A stretch of 64,000 nucleotides of DNA from Octopus sinensis (GCF_006345805.1 NC_043004.1:60574001-60638000); one strand, 5' to 3'; counted from the stretch's first letter, positions 39,764 through 54,578 are shown. The notes: generated by a model not told the origin, from the letters alone. Program-made: numbers and translations.

Positions 39764-40349
39764 TAATATATATATATATATATATTGTAAGACGAAGAAA
39801 ATTTGATTGGCTGATTTTAATTTTCGTTTCCAAAGAAGAAATAATTTCATTGTACCCCTCATGTGGGATATTATTGTTCTTCTTTATTGTGTCTAAGCGT
39901 TTATTTGTTATACCAGAAGCAGTCAAAACTGTATTTGGTTAAGACGTCCAATTTCAGAATAAGAATCAAAGTTGTGAACGTCTGTGTTTACTCCAGGTAG
40001 CGCATATTTTGAGTTCAGTGTCACAGCATTTCATTGTGACAGTCATTGAGAGGGTATCCATCAACTCGCACAGAAGTTGTTTGAGCCAGTTCCAAGTCAA
40101 CACTGCATCAGACAATTGTACAATTTTCTTCAGTGGAACACAAAGGTTTGATAGATTTTCTGTTATGATAGTGTCAATACAACTGTGCCGGTTTTTGATA
40201 CACGCAAAGTGATGAGAAGCACCAGTTGATTTAATATGATCAATATTCGGCTTTTATTTATTTATAGAATGAAATTGTCTCGGCAAATTTTTATGTCTAA
40301 AATGCCATATAAGTAAAAATGTTGTTGATGAGCGGTGATTTAAGTTAAT

Positions 40350-42000
40350 TATTTTTTCATAAAGCGTCTGGTTAGTAGAGGTGAATGAGAAGTATCGAAC
40401 CGCATAAATCGATTCTTATAAAACGTCTCTTTATCATATTTCCTGGTAACTTTCTTGAACAAGCGGCAAGTGTTATTGTTCTTCATAGAGTATAATGTAA
40501 ATGTTTCGCTCGATTGCTTCTCTTATAATGGTACAGAATTGTTTCAGTTTGAAAAATATCTTTGTTCCCATAAAAAAAAGGACTCAAACAATACTAGACA
40601 TAATTTGCAGACATAGATCTGAGTGAATTAAAACAGGAGTTACCAAAGGAGAATATAATATTGAAAACAGTGAAGTACTGTAGCAGCTGTAATATCTGGA
40701 CTTGCAATATTTAACTATAAGCCACTAGTGATATGTGTTAATCAGTGGAAGAGAGATTCGCTATCGATAAGTCGTTTAAATTATTATAAAACAACGTCAA
40801 CTGTGGCATGAAGCGGATGCTAAAATAATAGTTTCAATTCCGAATATCTGTTGCCTGAGTTACTAGTCATCGTGCCATAATTGAGTAACTCTATAATTGA
40901 GTAAAATAGTTGAGTAACCCTTGACTCAAAATATTATATAAATTCAAGATTATTCGAGATGTATAATAAAACTGAATCTGGTAAGATTCTCGTCAGGATT
41001 GTTATGTTTGCCAGTTTTGTCTATTTTTAGGACGACATACTTCTATATGCCAAAGCAAACCTTACACTTATTGATTTTTTTTTCTCATTAGTTTTGTGAC
41101 TTGTAAAATGGCATCAAAATGCAAAACGATCATTTTTCCACACCCCAGCACTTTCTCTAATAGCTAGAACGTTGAGTTCAATCAATCAGAGATTTACTTC
41201 AGATTATTGAAGAGTTCTATTGTTCCAGACGTAACAATCTGAACTTGTATTAAAACTTCAGTTAAGATAGGTGAGAAAGCGCAGCACGAATTATTGAAGT
41301 TTTAAACCGAATATAACAGTGTTTCTTTTGCTATGGAAAGCAAGTTCCAATCGAGGTTGAACGTGTTCCGATTAAAGAGACTATAGAATTGTAACTAAAT
41401 AAATCAAGTGTAATTTTAGATTAACATTGATCTATGCCGTGTAATAGAGCGAGTCATTTTAATTTTTCCGGGCCAGATTACACAGAGTTATTTTCTATCT
41501 TGTAGCGTAACCGCGTTAACAAATGGATATCTGGCGGAAAATACATTCGCCAATGTTGATTGTTATTCAATGTCGCTCAATAACTGAATTATTCAGTAAC
41601 TGAATATTTCTCATTTCACTCCCATATACATTTGCCGGTGACAATAACATTTCAGGGATAGGCGGGACCTCCTTTGATATTATTGTCGATAATTATATCA
41701 TTCATCGCTCTTTGAAAAGCTCTTTCAGCATTAGTCACACCAAAGGATAACTCTGTAAAGTGGGATAAGAGTTGAAAATGCAGAGTGGCTCTTTCAGAAT
41801 GGAATCTGATGTTACACTGCTTTCAAATTTATTAGAAAACATGAGGCCTTCAATATTCAGAAGTGTATGCGCATCTAGAAAACAATAATATTTTATGCTT
41901 TGAAGGGAGTCAATAGTAATGCATCATATGTAGTTTTTTCTTATTACCATCATTTTTCTCGCCATGGAAATACTAAGAGCACAATAATCAAGACAATATT
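40350..42000 (-). pseudogene. Highly degraded Ty3/Gypsy pol (RT then integrase)
   Basis: Minus strand near 41744-41630: FGVTNAERAFQRAMNDIIIDNNIKGGPAY(P*)NVIVTGK, with HQIPF upstream; near 40700-40595: PDITAATVLHCF...IHSDLCLQIMS (integrase core); RT lies upstream of IN. Confidence 0.68.
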
Positions 42001-42443
42001 CAGAATCTTTATATACTGATTAAGCTGAAGAAAGCAATTTGATTCAGTAGCAAATGATATCAAATGTTGGTTTTATATCTATGAAAAAATTAAGAGAGTT
42101 CAACAGCATAAGTACAAGGAGAACAACAAATAATTAATGTTAGCATTCTCTTTTAAAAGTTTAAAGATGTTGCAATGAATCATTTAAGAAACCATGTCTC
42201 AGAATTATAGATGGTCATAATTTAGGCAAAATATTTGTATATAAAACTTATATTTAAAAAAGCGAGAAAATGGAAATATCTGACATGCAGAACGAGAAAC
42301 AAAGAATCTATTTATACTGAGTTCCCAAGCCTATTCCAAGACAACGACACGATGATAAAAAGGAAAGATGTGTGTGAATTTCTTTAGCCATGAAACTGGT
42401 GACATTACTTGAAACGAGTAAAATCATTAATTGGTTAGAGAAT

Positions 42444-43160
42444 ATGGGTGTGCGTTTGTGTGTGTGTATGTGTGTGATTAGTATTTGTCTGGGTGTTGCA
42501 AGTGCGCATGTGTGTATGTGTTTGTTCACGTGTGTGTATGTGTGCGTCTCTGTGTGTGTGTATGTTTGTGTGTTTTGTGTTGGTGGGGATGTTACGTGTG
42601 TTTACGTGAGTGTGTGTGCACGTGAGTGTGAGTGTAGGTGAATGTGTGCGTGTGTCTGAGTATGTTTGTGTTGTTACAATTGACCTGGTGGTACATAAAC
42701 CATACCCATATACTTACACACACACAAACGCATATCAAGTACCAACATGCACAGAACATAAGCGCACATACATACACACCACCCGGATAAACCCAACACA
42801 CACGGACACACCCAGAACCCATGATAGATACAACACATACACACCCACATATACCCACACATACATACATTTGCACCTTCATACACACATACGGTAGCTT
42901 ACACACGCACACCACCACCACCAGGACAATTATAACAAAACAAACATACTCAGACAGAGACACACACACTCACGTACACTCACACTCACGTACACTCACG
43001 TACACTCACACTCATGTACACACACACTGAAGTACTCACACATGACCTCCCCACCAACACAGAGCAAACAGACATACACACGCACACATACGCACACGTG
43101 AACAAACACATACACACATGCGCACACACAACACCCAGACAAATACTATTCACACACACT
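42444..43160. repeat. Inverted repeat of complex (TG)/(CA)-derived sequence
   Basis: 42444-42683 is approximately the reverse complement of 42925-43160 (e.g. AGTATTTGTCTGGGTGTT / AACACCCAGACAAATACT). Confidence 0.75.
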
Positions 43161-44045
43161 ACCAGGACAATTATAACAACACATACATACATAGACAGAG
43201 AACCACACATACATACAGTGACGTACACACACATAACATCCCCACCAAAGCAAAATACACAAACATACAAACACACACACATAGACGCACACATACACGC
43301 GAACAAATATATGCACACACACGATACCATGACAAATACTAATCACACATATACACATACACACACAAACGTGCACACATATACTCACACCATCCAACCA
43401 AATATAAAACACAAGCACATGTGTATATATGTACACACATACATAGAGACGTGCACAGAGACATACACACTCAAACCATTCTGACCTCTCAGAGCAGTCC
43501 CAAAAACCACTGAACCATGACAGATTAGCCCAGAAACAAAACAAAATCCCTTTAATTCTACATTGCACTGCCCCCACCCCAGCCAACCTCCCACACTGTC
43601 CCTTAAGATAGCAAGCATTCCTTAGCTACACACAAGAGAAAATATCAGAAAGGTCAGTTATTCTTCTACAACTTTTTGTAAATTCTTAAATATATCTCCT
43701 TCTGTGTATATATATGCTACCAAACAAACAGGATTTTTATTGAACTCTACTTCACGTTCTGATTGCTTTCTCAAATACTTTCTTGTAAACTGTTTTTAAT
43801 ATTTTCTTATTATTTTCAAAGAAGATATTTCTGTTTTTTATTACTTTTGTGATAACCAGTACTTAAGACAAAAAAGCTCATACAAAGCTTTACATATTAC
43901 TATTTTACTTTTGACAAACTTTTTCTATAAGGGTGAAACCAGTCAAGTGAATAAACATCTTTAAAATTGCATTTTGAAAACTTCTTTCATATATATATTT
44001 CTACTCGTGTGGTACCTAACTTTGTTTTATATATATATATATATA

Positions 44046-44241
44046 TAATCAAATTCAGCAACAAGGATATCCAGAGCTAATGCAGGATATCCAATGGAGT
44101 CGCATAAACGATCGTACTGCATTACCTCTGAATATCCATGTTGCTTAGTTTGATTTTAATCACCTTATTTTGAAATTGTATGGAAAATACCATACTAAAT
44201 TCTGGTGCCTTAACTTAAGTACCATATTCATCTGAATCTAG

Positions 44242-44315
<74 letters not shown>

Positions 44316-44540
44316 TTTACGAAAAAAAACAAAAGACAAAGACAGGTGGTGTACAAAACAGATGTGTTAGTATAACGCTCAGGAATAGAAAAAAGTCTTT
44401 TACGTTTCGAGCGTACGCTCCTCTACACAAAGGGACACAGAAAAAACAAGGAGAGAAGAAAATGTGTGTAGTGGCTAACGATCTATCATGGAGTCGGACA
44501 GCAAGGTTACAAACGAGAAGGAAAGTAGGGGAGATAACAA

Positions 44541-44580
<40 letters not shown>

Positions 44581-44803
44581 ATCAAATAAGCAACAAGGAT
44601 ATCCAGAGCTAATGCAGGATATCCAATGGAGTCGCATAAACGATCGTACTGCATTACCTCTGATATCCATGTTGCTTAGTTTGATTTTAATCACCTTATT
44701 TTGAAATTGTATGGAAAATACCATACTAAATTCTGGTGCCTTAACTTAAGTACCATATTCATCTGAATCTAGATTTATATTATATATATATATATATATA
44801 TAT

Positions 44804-44843
<40 letters not shown>

Positions 44844-45128
44844 ACGAAAAAAAACAAAAGACAAAGACAGGTGGTGTACAAAACAGATGTGTTAGTATAA
44901 CGCTCAGGAATAGAAAAAAGTCTTTTACGTTTCGAGCGTACGCTCCTCTACACAAAGGGGCACAGAAAAAACAAGGAGAGAAGAAAATGTGTGTAGTGGC
45001 TAACGATCTATCATGGAGTCGGACAGCAAGGTTACAAACGAGAAGGAAAGTAGGGGAGATAACAAGTATATATATATATAATATATATATATATATAATA
45101 TATATATAAAGTAGGGGAGATAACAAGT
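44046..45128. repeat. Tandem duplication, 2 x ~530 bp, of two pseudo-LTR-like fragments joined by (TA)n(GA)n
   Basis: GCAACAAGGATATCC at 44058 and 44590; TTTACGAAAAAAAAC at 44316 and 44841. Confidence 0.92.
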
Positions 45129-45417
45129 ATATAAATAAAATTATGAAGATAATGATGTATTAGTGAAAATGAAAGAAAGGATTACAGAAAAAAATCTCCA
45201 TCTAGTTGTGATGGTTTCCTGAATGTAGCATAGATATTTGTCTACGATTTTGTTATAAAGTTACAATGGGGACGATGATCATTTTGATTTTGCCTGGGAT
45301 TGGACAGCTGTTGTTTACAGTATAATGTTCCATGTATGGTTCTGTTTCTTCAACTCAAGTAGTGTAGATGCATCATGATACATTTTACGCCACCTAAGCA
45401 ATAACTTCTCTAAAATG

Positions 45418-45680
45418 TTACATTAAGTTGTTGCGGTTTAGTGATTGTTTCAGCTTATACGTTAGAAGGTGTCTTCCTTTACCGCAGAATCGCTCTACTT
45501 GCTGGCCATACAAAATAATTTGAGGAATGCAATCATCTTTCATTCGAACAGAATGTCGTGACAGTACTTTTGAAGTGCGTTCCGTGACGTGTTCCTCTTG
45601 TAGATTGTTGATGTTCATGTTGTGGACTTTTTTCCTGACCATCTTGTGACAAATGTTCAACTTATTTAGCATTTGCCTAA
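45418..45680 (-). pseudogene. RTE-type LINE ORF C-terminal relic
   Basis: SRHSVRMKDDCIPQIILYGQ...GKGRHLLTYK resembles the RTE motif (W.GHV.RM.D.R.PK.ILYG....GRP...YK). Confidence 0.7.
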
Positions 45681-47164
45681 TTGTTTACCTTTCATGGATA
45701 ATTAGATTGTTCATGGTAGAGACAAACACCAAAACATATTATCTTTGTACGTTGGTTTATTTAGAGGACAAAAGTAATTTAATTGCTAAGAGACTCCTAC
45801 TTTTCTTACACTTAAGAAAACAAGAAAAAGAAAACGAAAACTGAATTGGACTAAAAGAAATATCCGTTGGTACCATCTGCAATTCCCTGATAATCTTAAA
45901 GCGAACGTACTTACATGAAGGAAAACTGAAAAAAGTCTCTTCAACCACTGTCTTTCTGTTGAAGGTCAGAAAAATGCCAGACATAAAGTAGTCTGTGCTG
46001 CTTACCTCTCAAAATTCTTTAAGAATTACTATTTGAAATTTGCTTCGTCAGGAAAGTTGTATATAATTGTGACATCCATCACTTGGATGGTGATTCCATA
46101 ACAGCACATTGAAGTTACAAAAACATTTATGCTGTTTAATAGAGATTTGATCAATGCTAATGTATTGAAATATTTGAAACCAAACAATACGGCGAACCGG
46201 CAGAAACTTTAGATGGCTGGGCAAATGCTGGGCGGCATTTCGTCCGACTTCACGTTCTGATTTCAAATTCCACCGATACCGAATCTGTGTCTTTTATTCT
46301 TTCCTGCTCAATAAAATATGTAACAGTTGAGCATTGGGTCGATGTAATCGACTTACCAATATTTGAAATCAGTATTTAAAGCTAGAGAACATGAGCCGAA
46401 GGTGAGTTTTGTGGCACAGTTAAATCCGGTTATTGAGCTAGAAAATTTGGTGATATAGTTTTCCACTGCGACGATTCTATGATTGTATATCGAATGATAT
46501 GTCTTGAAAGCGATGTGATTGAAAATTTTTTTTTTTTTCCATTGCTATTGTCGTGTTACTGAGTTTTCGTTGAATGAAATGCTTTAAGGAGAACCAGTAG
46601 CGGAGATTCAATTATTTTAATCGGCTGTAACAATCAAGTGTTGACGTTACTACTTCTAACAAATTACAGGATGGTAGCCTTTCTCCAAAATATATCATTG
46701 TTGTTGTTGTTGGTGGTGGTGGTGTCAGCGGCGGCGGCGGCGATGGTGGTGGTGGTGGTGTTGGTAGTAGTGGAGAAATAGACATTGAATGTGATATTGG
46801 AGGAATAAGTGGTGATAAGGATACTGGTGGAGGAGATGATGTGGTGGAGGTGGAGGCGTCGCTGACGTTGGTGATATCGGATATATTGCCATTAGGGCTT
46901 TGGAGGTGATGCTAATGATGGTGTTAGTAGTAATGTCATTTAGAATATCATTAATGTGGAAAATGATATTTATAACAGTAATAATGGGGAGAGGAGGAAG
47001 GAGAGGAGAACCGGCAAGGTGGAACTGGAGTGAGGGAGAATGATGGTGGTGGTGGTGGTGATGGTGGTGGTGATGGTAGATGTGTGATGATTAATGGAAA
47101 TAAGGATGGTCACAGTGGTGGTGGTGGTTTTGACTGTGAGAATGTAAGTAATTTCATGGAAATG

Positions 47165-47213
47165 TGTACTTCACAATAGCAGCATTGTCATTATCATCAT
47201 CATCATCATCATA

Positions 47214-47251
<38 letters not shown>

Positions 47252-47363
47252 ATTCATCATCGTTGTCGTTATCGTCATCTTCGTCGTCATCATTATCATC
47301 ATCGTCATCGACGCTGTTGTTGTCACTGTCGTTGTCATCATCGTCTTCGTCATCGTCGTCGTT

Positions 47364-47400
<37 letters not shown>

Positions 47401-48016
47401 TCATCGTTATAATCATCATCATTGTTATTAACATCGTCATTATCATCATCATCACCATTATCATCATCATTGTTAACATCGTCATTGTTATCATCATCAC
47501 AATCATCATCATCATTATCATCATCATCATCGTCGTCATCGTCAGTGTTAGTCGCTATACTGTTAGTCGCGATTGTGCGGCCTCGGTGATTCTAGTGGTC
47601 GTGGACGTTGTATGTGTAATCACAGTCCGGATAGTGGTCGTGACCGTGACGGAGGTCGTATCTTTGCCAGTAGTCGCAGCCGTGCTGGTCGTCATGGACA
47701 TGATGGTAGCCATTGGTATGGCGCTACTAGTCGTAGCAGAGATAATAGTTGCTGTCTTTATTGTAGCTTATGTGCAAATTGTAGTGGTGTTGGATATTGT
47801 TGGGAGTCATTGCAGAGGTAGTAGTGGTCGATGCCATTTTGCGTCGGTGGTCATTATGGTGAAGAAGGAGTCGGCGGTGGTGGTGATGGTGGTGATCATC
47901 GTCGTTGTGATTTTCTGGCCTGCGCGGCTGTTGCTGAAATCACGAGGAACGTTCGTGGTTGTGGTATTCGCGCTCTCTAGAAGAAGCATTAAGATGACGA
48001 CAACGACGACGAAGAC

Positions 48017-48056
<40 letters not shown>

Positions 48057-48082
48057 TTGATGACGATGATGACGATGATGAC

Positions 48083-48114
<32 letters not shown>

Positions 48115-48304
48115 CGACGATGATGACGATGATGACGATGATGACGATGATGACGATGTCGATGATGATGATGATAATGATGATGATGACGATGATGACG
48201 ACGACGACGATGACGATGACGTTGATGACGGCGACGATGAGGATGATGATGATGATGATGACGACGATGACGATGATGACGATGATGACGATGATGACGA
48301 TGTC

Positions 48305-48339
<35 letters not shown>

Positions 48340-48600
48340 CGATGATGACGATGATGACGATATGACGATGATGACGACGGCGAGGAGGACGACGACGACA
48401 ACAACGGCAGCGGCGGCGGCAGCGACGACGACGACGACGACGACGATGATGATGATGATGATGATGATGACGACGACGACGACGACGACAACGAGGAGGA
48501 TGAGGAGGATGAGGATGTTGACAGTGCTGGTGCTGCTGTTGATGATGATGAGAGGGCGAGGGGGAGGAGGAGGACGATGATGATGAACATCATCACCATG
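47165..48600. repeat. (TCA/TCG)n and (GAT/GAC)n microsatellite complex
   Basis: Long trinucleotide tracts that produce the poly-S/M/H ORFs. Confidence 0.9.
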
Positions 48601-49722
48601 AATAAGAAGAAAAAAGAAGAAGAGGTGAAGGTGGATGGTGAAGATGGAGGATAATAGTGATGTTGATGATGGCCATGATAATGGCATTAGCCAACGACGA
48701 TGATAACGGCAAGAACGAAATCAGCAAAGCAGAGTCTAATGTTTGACGATAGGAAGACATTAAGAGACTCCCACGTCGGTCATTAAACTGACGGAACCAC
48801 TGAAAGCTCAAATTTAATCAAACTCTGTTTGACAAAATGAGCCAAACAGTAATTCAAAATGTTGTCGTTAGAAGCATAAATATTGTAAACTCCTGCTCTC
48901 CATAAATTGTTTAATTTTGAACATTAAAAACCAACTTGAACGTCATTAAACCATCAATATCAGTGTAAATTATACCATTATCTTACCAGCGCAGCCTCAA
49001 TCAAATTCTTATTTCAGCTTGCGTTAGAATACTTTAAAAAATCTTTTAATATTTTTGATGCTTTCGATCATTGGGTTGTAACCATTTTCTAGCTCCGCCT
49101 CTGACATCATCTCCGACGTATATTTCATAGACTGGTGCTTATTTATTAACTAGTGGGTTTTTTTCTATCGATAACAGACCTGACCAATGGCGAAGTGGAC
49201 TTCGACATAACTTTGACTTGAAATATCTAAAAGAATAAAACTTCACAAATTATTTTTGTGATGATTTCTTGCGGTTGTGTGATGATTTCTTTCAACCAGA
49301 TCCATCTATCGTCAGATGGATCGTACTTCAAATCCAAAGGCATTATCACTCTATATTACGCTGATTCCGCTTCAGTGTTACGTAAAATGCACAAGACTGC
49401 GTAAAATTCAACAACTTACCAATGAATCCAACTAGCTTGATAGTTCAGTTGATCTGAAAACTTTAAAAATTCATAGAATATAAAGTTATGACCGAAATCT
49501 GTTTTTATTTCAAAAATTTATCTATATTCGCAGACAAACACGGCTGATAAAATTTGCTTCAATTTGATTGGTGAGTCTTACAATGAAATCACATTCAAAT
49601 CAATTTGACACATACGGTTCGTTACTCGATGGTGTAGTGAAATCACCTTATTCGAAAGTTAAGTTTATACTCGTTCATTGGGTTTTGTTGGTCATGAAAC
49701 AAACTTTCCCCTTTAAACAGTG

Positions 49723-50010
49723 TCATAGTGTAAAGGCGTTGAGGCAGCGAACTCGCGGTCGAGGGATCGCGGGTTCGAATCTCAGACCAAGCGATGTGTG
49801 TATTTATGAGCGAAGCAACTAAGCTCCACGCGGCTCCGGCAGAAGGTAATGGCGAACTTCTGCTAACTCTTTCGCCACAACATTCTCTCAATCTTTCCTC
49901 CTGCATCTTGCAGCTCACCTGCGACGAACCGGCGTCCCATCAAGGTGAGGAACCTGTACGCCAAGGAAACCGGCCCTTTGAGTCAGGCGTGGCTCGAGAA
50001 GGAACAAACA
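49723..50010 (+). mobile_element. tRNA-derived SINE, family A-related
   Basis: GGGTTCGAATCTC B box; body shares GCTCCACG.GGCTCCGGCAG with the reverse complement of 7951-8253. Confidence 0.7.
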
Positions 50011-50914
50011 ACTGTGTAAAGGCAGCTTGCCTGTTGATTAACGACTTGGGCTCACCAGCGTAAAATCGTGAGTTCTATTCCTGGATCAAATGATGATGTG
50101 TGTTTTTGAACGTGGCATTTAATTTCCTTTCATTTCAGTCTACTCTGCTCACATATGTACCGGCCGACTGCAAACACAACCGTCTTTCACTCCTGTCCAT
50201 TCGTATAAAATTATCAACGATCCATTGTATTTCTTAAAATAAAGCAACTTTTAACACTTAACAACCCAGTTTATTTAGTCGTAAATGGCAACCGTGCTCC
50301 AAGCTGAGAAAGAGTTTTCTACTTTGCGTAGAAACAAAATTCTAGAGTTGCTTCCTGTTTAATTTTTTTTTTATTACAACTTTTAGCTATTAATCTATCA
50401 GTGGACCTTGAGAACATAACCGGAAATCACTTTCGTGTATATTGCCTAGCAATTTAATATCTTGTATCTGGAGATCGATAAAGTATATAATCACCCAATG
50501 GTTGAAAACTTGTGTTACGAAAATTCAAACAATAACTCTATTTGTCTGCATTGTACGAGATAAATGAGTTTTGAAAAACTATTCGATCAGAGTAATGGTG
50601 AAGATTTTATCTCTATGTCAAACGCCACAGGTTCTATGGATAAACAGCTATATTCAATAATAGATAACATTGATTTCTTACATAAGGACAAAGCTGAATA
50701 TATTATAGATGCCGGCTATAACCGATATTATTGGTAGAAACAGGTGACTGGCATTTATTTATGACTTTGAAAAGATCAAAAGTAAAAGCTGAAAACGGTG
50801 TCATTTGAACTTAGTTTATTAAAGGACAAAATTTAATACTTCAAGATATGCAGCGGTGTCATTCCGATACTGTTGTTGTTGTTGCTGTTATCATCATCAT
50901 CATTATTATTTTTC

Positions 50915-51470
50915 AATGAGAGAGTAGTGCATGCCATCGAAGTGACACTGGGATAAAATATACGAAGCTCAGTATACACATCATGACTACCCGTCTGATA
51001 AAGGTACACCAGGCACATGCATCACAACCATTTTCGCGCGACATGGTGATCTCATATCAAGATAAACAGCACATGACCTTGCAGGTGGGGCCCAGTTAGA
51101 AATTTCTTCTCGTCGAGTAACCCATCTTGCTCGAAAGGTCTCTGAATAAGGGTTGCTTAAGGATGTTGATCGAACTACCCATGTTTCCAGAGGTGAATTA
51201 TTCAAGCCCCAAAGAATCCCTCTCAACACATGGCTATGATGCTCCCCCACTACTTCTGCTTGTGATCAGAGATGCATATATTGTCAGCCACAAAGGGACA
51301 TGCTCAACTGTGTTAAGGTCAAACAACTGACAAGGAAATCTGTGGTATTGAGCAGAATATTTGCTGTAGCCCATCTTTTATACCATAACAAAACAATGTA
51401 CATGATAATACTTCTAATCAGTTAAGATCCGAAGCCATGAGAGCCACTGCCTGGTATTGCATCAGGGCAT
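50915..51470. mobile_element. Repeat family D, longer copy
   Basis: Homologous to 30898-31378; flanked by TCA/TTA repeats. Confidence 0.75.
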
Positions 51471-52899
51471 TATTATTGTTATTATTATTATTATTTGTCA
51501 CTCAGTATGCTTCTTTTCGTACTCTTTCTCGTCTTTTGTATCCAACTCTGTTGGTGGTAACCTTAACCGCAGCCCTGATAAATTTGCTGTTTCTAGTTAC
51601 ATTTTCGTCTGAAATAGTCCAAGAACAGAATCTAACACTCACGCACATAAATACACATATACATATATATAACCATCAGTTTTCTTGATTTTCTTCTTAT
51701 ATCATTGGCAGATGTTATAATTTTCCTGTGATTCAGAAGAGTGGAAACATCTGTCTCTGTTGTATAAGTGCAGCAAACACTACGCACAGCCAAATACACA
51801 CGTACAGACCCACAACGTACAACCTAAAACATATATAGTAAGGCATATGTCTGTGTGTTTTGATGTGTGCCAAACATAATTTAAATTACTTCTCTGATAA
51901 TTCTTTTACGAATAATGTCTTTTGTGTATTTTAATTTCATTCCAGAGATAAACATTCCATGCGTACACAATAACAGTATAATGCTATAGATTAATCGATG
52001 AATTTCGGAAAGTATAAACGAACTGATACTTCAAAATTGATTCTTTGTTAATGCTGATAGTCGATAGGAAATTATGTTGTAAGATCTTTTCTGTAAAACC
52101 AATGATGTGGGTGCTTATATCATTGACTCTTCAAGATTTGACCAGAGGTAATATGCAGATGAGCAGGGATATGAAGAGTGCGTTCTTCGTATGAATCCGA
52201 CTTGAAATGTTTTATCCCTTATACCAATATCTCCATAAAACTTTGCAACCTAATTTTAAGTGCCTGATGTAAATACCATTATCGTTATCACTATATTCTC
52301 ATAATGAGCCTGACCAGGCCTTAAATCCTTAAAAGACTTATCAAACGGGGATTTAAATGTTCAAAATTTAGCGTAAATGAAATAAATGGAAAACGGAAAA
52401 TCCTTCACAGAAATACCAAGCCGGAACACAGTCGCGTTATTTACATAAGATGGTAAATTTAAGTGAGATGGCATTAATCCTAAACACTGGGAAACATACA
52501 TGCATCGTAATGCAGCGGAAAAAACTATATAAATCTGCTCTGACCACTCGCTGGCGATTATACATCTAATTATTGATAACAACACCAGGCGCATATCTAA
52601 CACAACCGGGTAATGATAGTTTTATCATCAGTAGCTAAATCATATACACAACGGCCCGCGCCAAATAACACCAAATGTAGAAATAGAATATTCACTTCAT
52701 TTCAACTAATTTATAGTTTAAAGGTTTCCTCAACTACTACTACTACGAATGTCTTTACACTAACAAGTACGCAATTAACTGGTACACAATATAATCACAA
52801 ATATTTAACAAAAGTTCTAAAGACAGGTATAAGTGTATGGGTGAAACAGGACTATAAAGTTCTAGCCTTAAGTACAAACTTATAATCACAGTATAAATG

Positions 52900-53036
52900 C
52901 CTATTTCTTTGCCCACAAGGGGCGAAACACAGAGGGGACAAACAAGGACAGACACACGGATTAAGTCAATTACATCAACCCCAGTGTGTAACTGGTACTT
53001 ATTTAATCGATCCCGAAAGGATGAAAGGCAAAGTTG
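52900..53036 (-). mobile_element. Family C SINE 3' fragment
   Basis: CAGAGGGGACAAACAAGGACAGAC...ACTGGTACTTATTTAATCGATCCCGAAAGGATGAAAGGC. Confidence 0.75.
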
Positions 53037-53565
53037 ATACAGTCAGCACATCCTTCGAAATGTCATCTAGTTTACTTCCAACGTAATCAAGCGATAACAA
53101 AAGATTTGAAAATTACAATTTGTTCGATATTGAAGTAATATTTTGACATCTACTAAAATAATTTAGTACATTTACTAGCAGCTTTTAAGAAACTTTCAGA
53201 AATACCTATTCATATGTATACTAATAGAACACGGATGTGTAGAGGCTCACATGGAAAGCCGAGTTCCAACCAAACCGAAATTTAAGATTTGCTATAAAAC
53301 AGTTTTCATCCTCAAAAAAAAGTGTTTTCTTTCGTAATTTGAAATTCCCGCCCAACTGTGTTAGACATAGTTATTTGGAGCGCTATTTTCAATTCCCGAT
53401 TGCTGCTAATCACTGTAAGCCAATATGGTCGAGTGGCTGATTGGTCATTTATAAAACTTAAAGTCACAGTTCAAGACCACTAACTGCATGTGAATAATGA
53501 AATCTTGCATCATTTGTAAAATACTCTTCACTTGTTACATGTTCACACACACAAAATATATTATA

Positions 53566-53601
<36 letters not shown>

Positions 53602-53622
53602 TATACATGTATTATATATATA

Positions 53623-53663
<41 letters not shown>

Positions 53664-53946
53664 TATATATACATGCATATATATATATATGCACATACGC
53701 GTACATATATATATGTGTGTGTGCGTGTGTGTGTGGTGTGTGTGTGTGTGTGTGTGTATGGATGGCGGGAGGACGTGCGTGTGTGTATTGACAGCTTGAT
53801 TGAAATATAAAGTTCGAGAGATTAGGGGAAGTAAAAGGTAAGAGAGAGCAAGATAATTATCGATAATTGAATTAGATATCAGCAAACAGACGTTCTTCCT
53901 GTCGCAACGCACACGCTCGCTCGCCTTGTGTATGTGTGCGTGTGTA

Positions 53947-54019
<73 letters not shown>

Positions 54020-54462
54020 CTCTTTCCCTGCATAAAGTTCTAGAACACTTTTAAGTGTAGATTTGATTAAGGTTGCGAATAGAATCAACATAATTCGCAA
54101 CAATAATAGCAAAATAAAACCTTCCAAAAACAACCTGATTTAATGCATTCCCGATAGCTCAATAAGCTTTGGACGCAATCTGATTAATTGCTGAAGTCAA
54201 ATGAAATCAGAAAGTGAAGGAAAATTCAGAGAACAAAATATTGTTGCTGTTTACGTTTTATATTTTTAATTTTGTGATTTTGGTAATTAAGCATCGGATT
54301 GAAGTAGGGAAACGACGATAAAGAATCTATCTTTGTCTACACTTGATGAGTGGGAAAATGGAATTCGAAATTCCCATTAAAAGTCGTAGATAAATTAAAA
54401 GAATCTGGGCAAGGAATGAGGCAAACTACTTACCGTAGCACCTACATTCGGTTTGGCTTTAC

Positions 54463-54578
54463 TATGTATGTATCTACGTATGTATGTATGTATGTATGTA
54501 TGTATGTATGTATGTATGTATGTATGTATGTATATATGCATGTATGTATGTATGCATGTACGTACGTATGTATGTATG

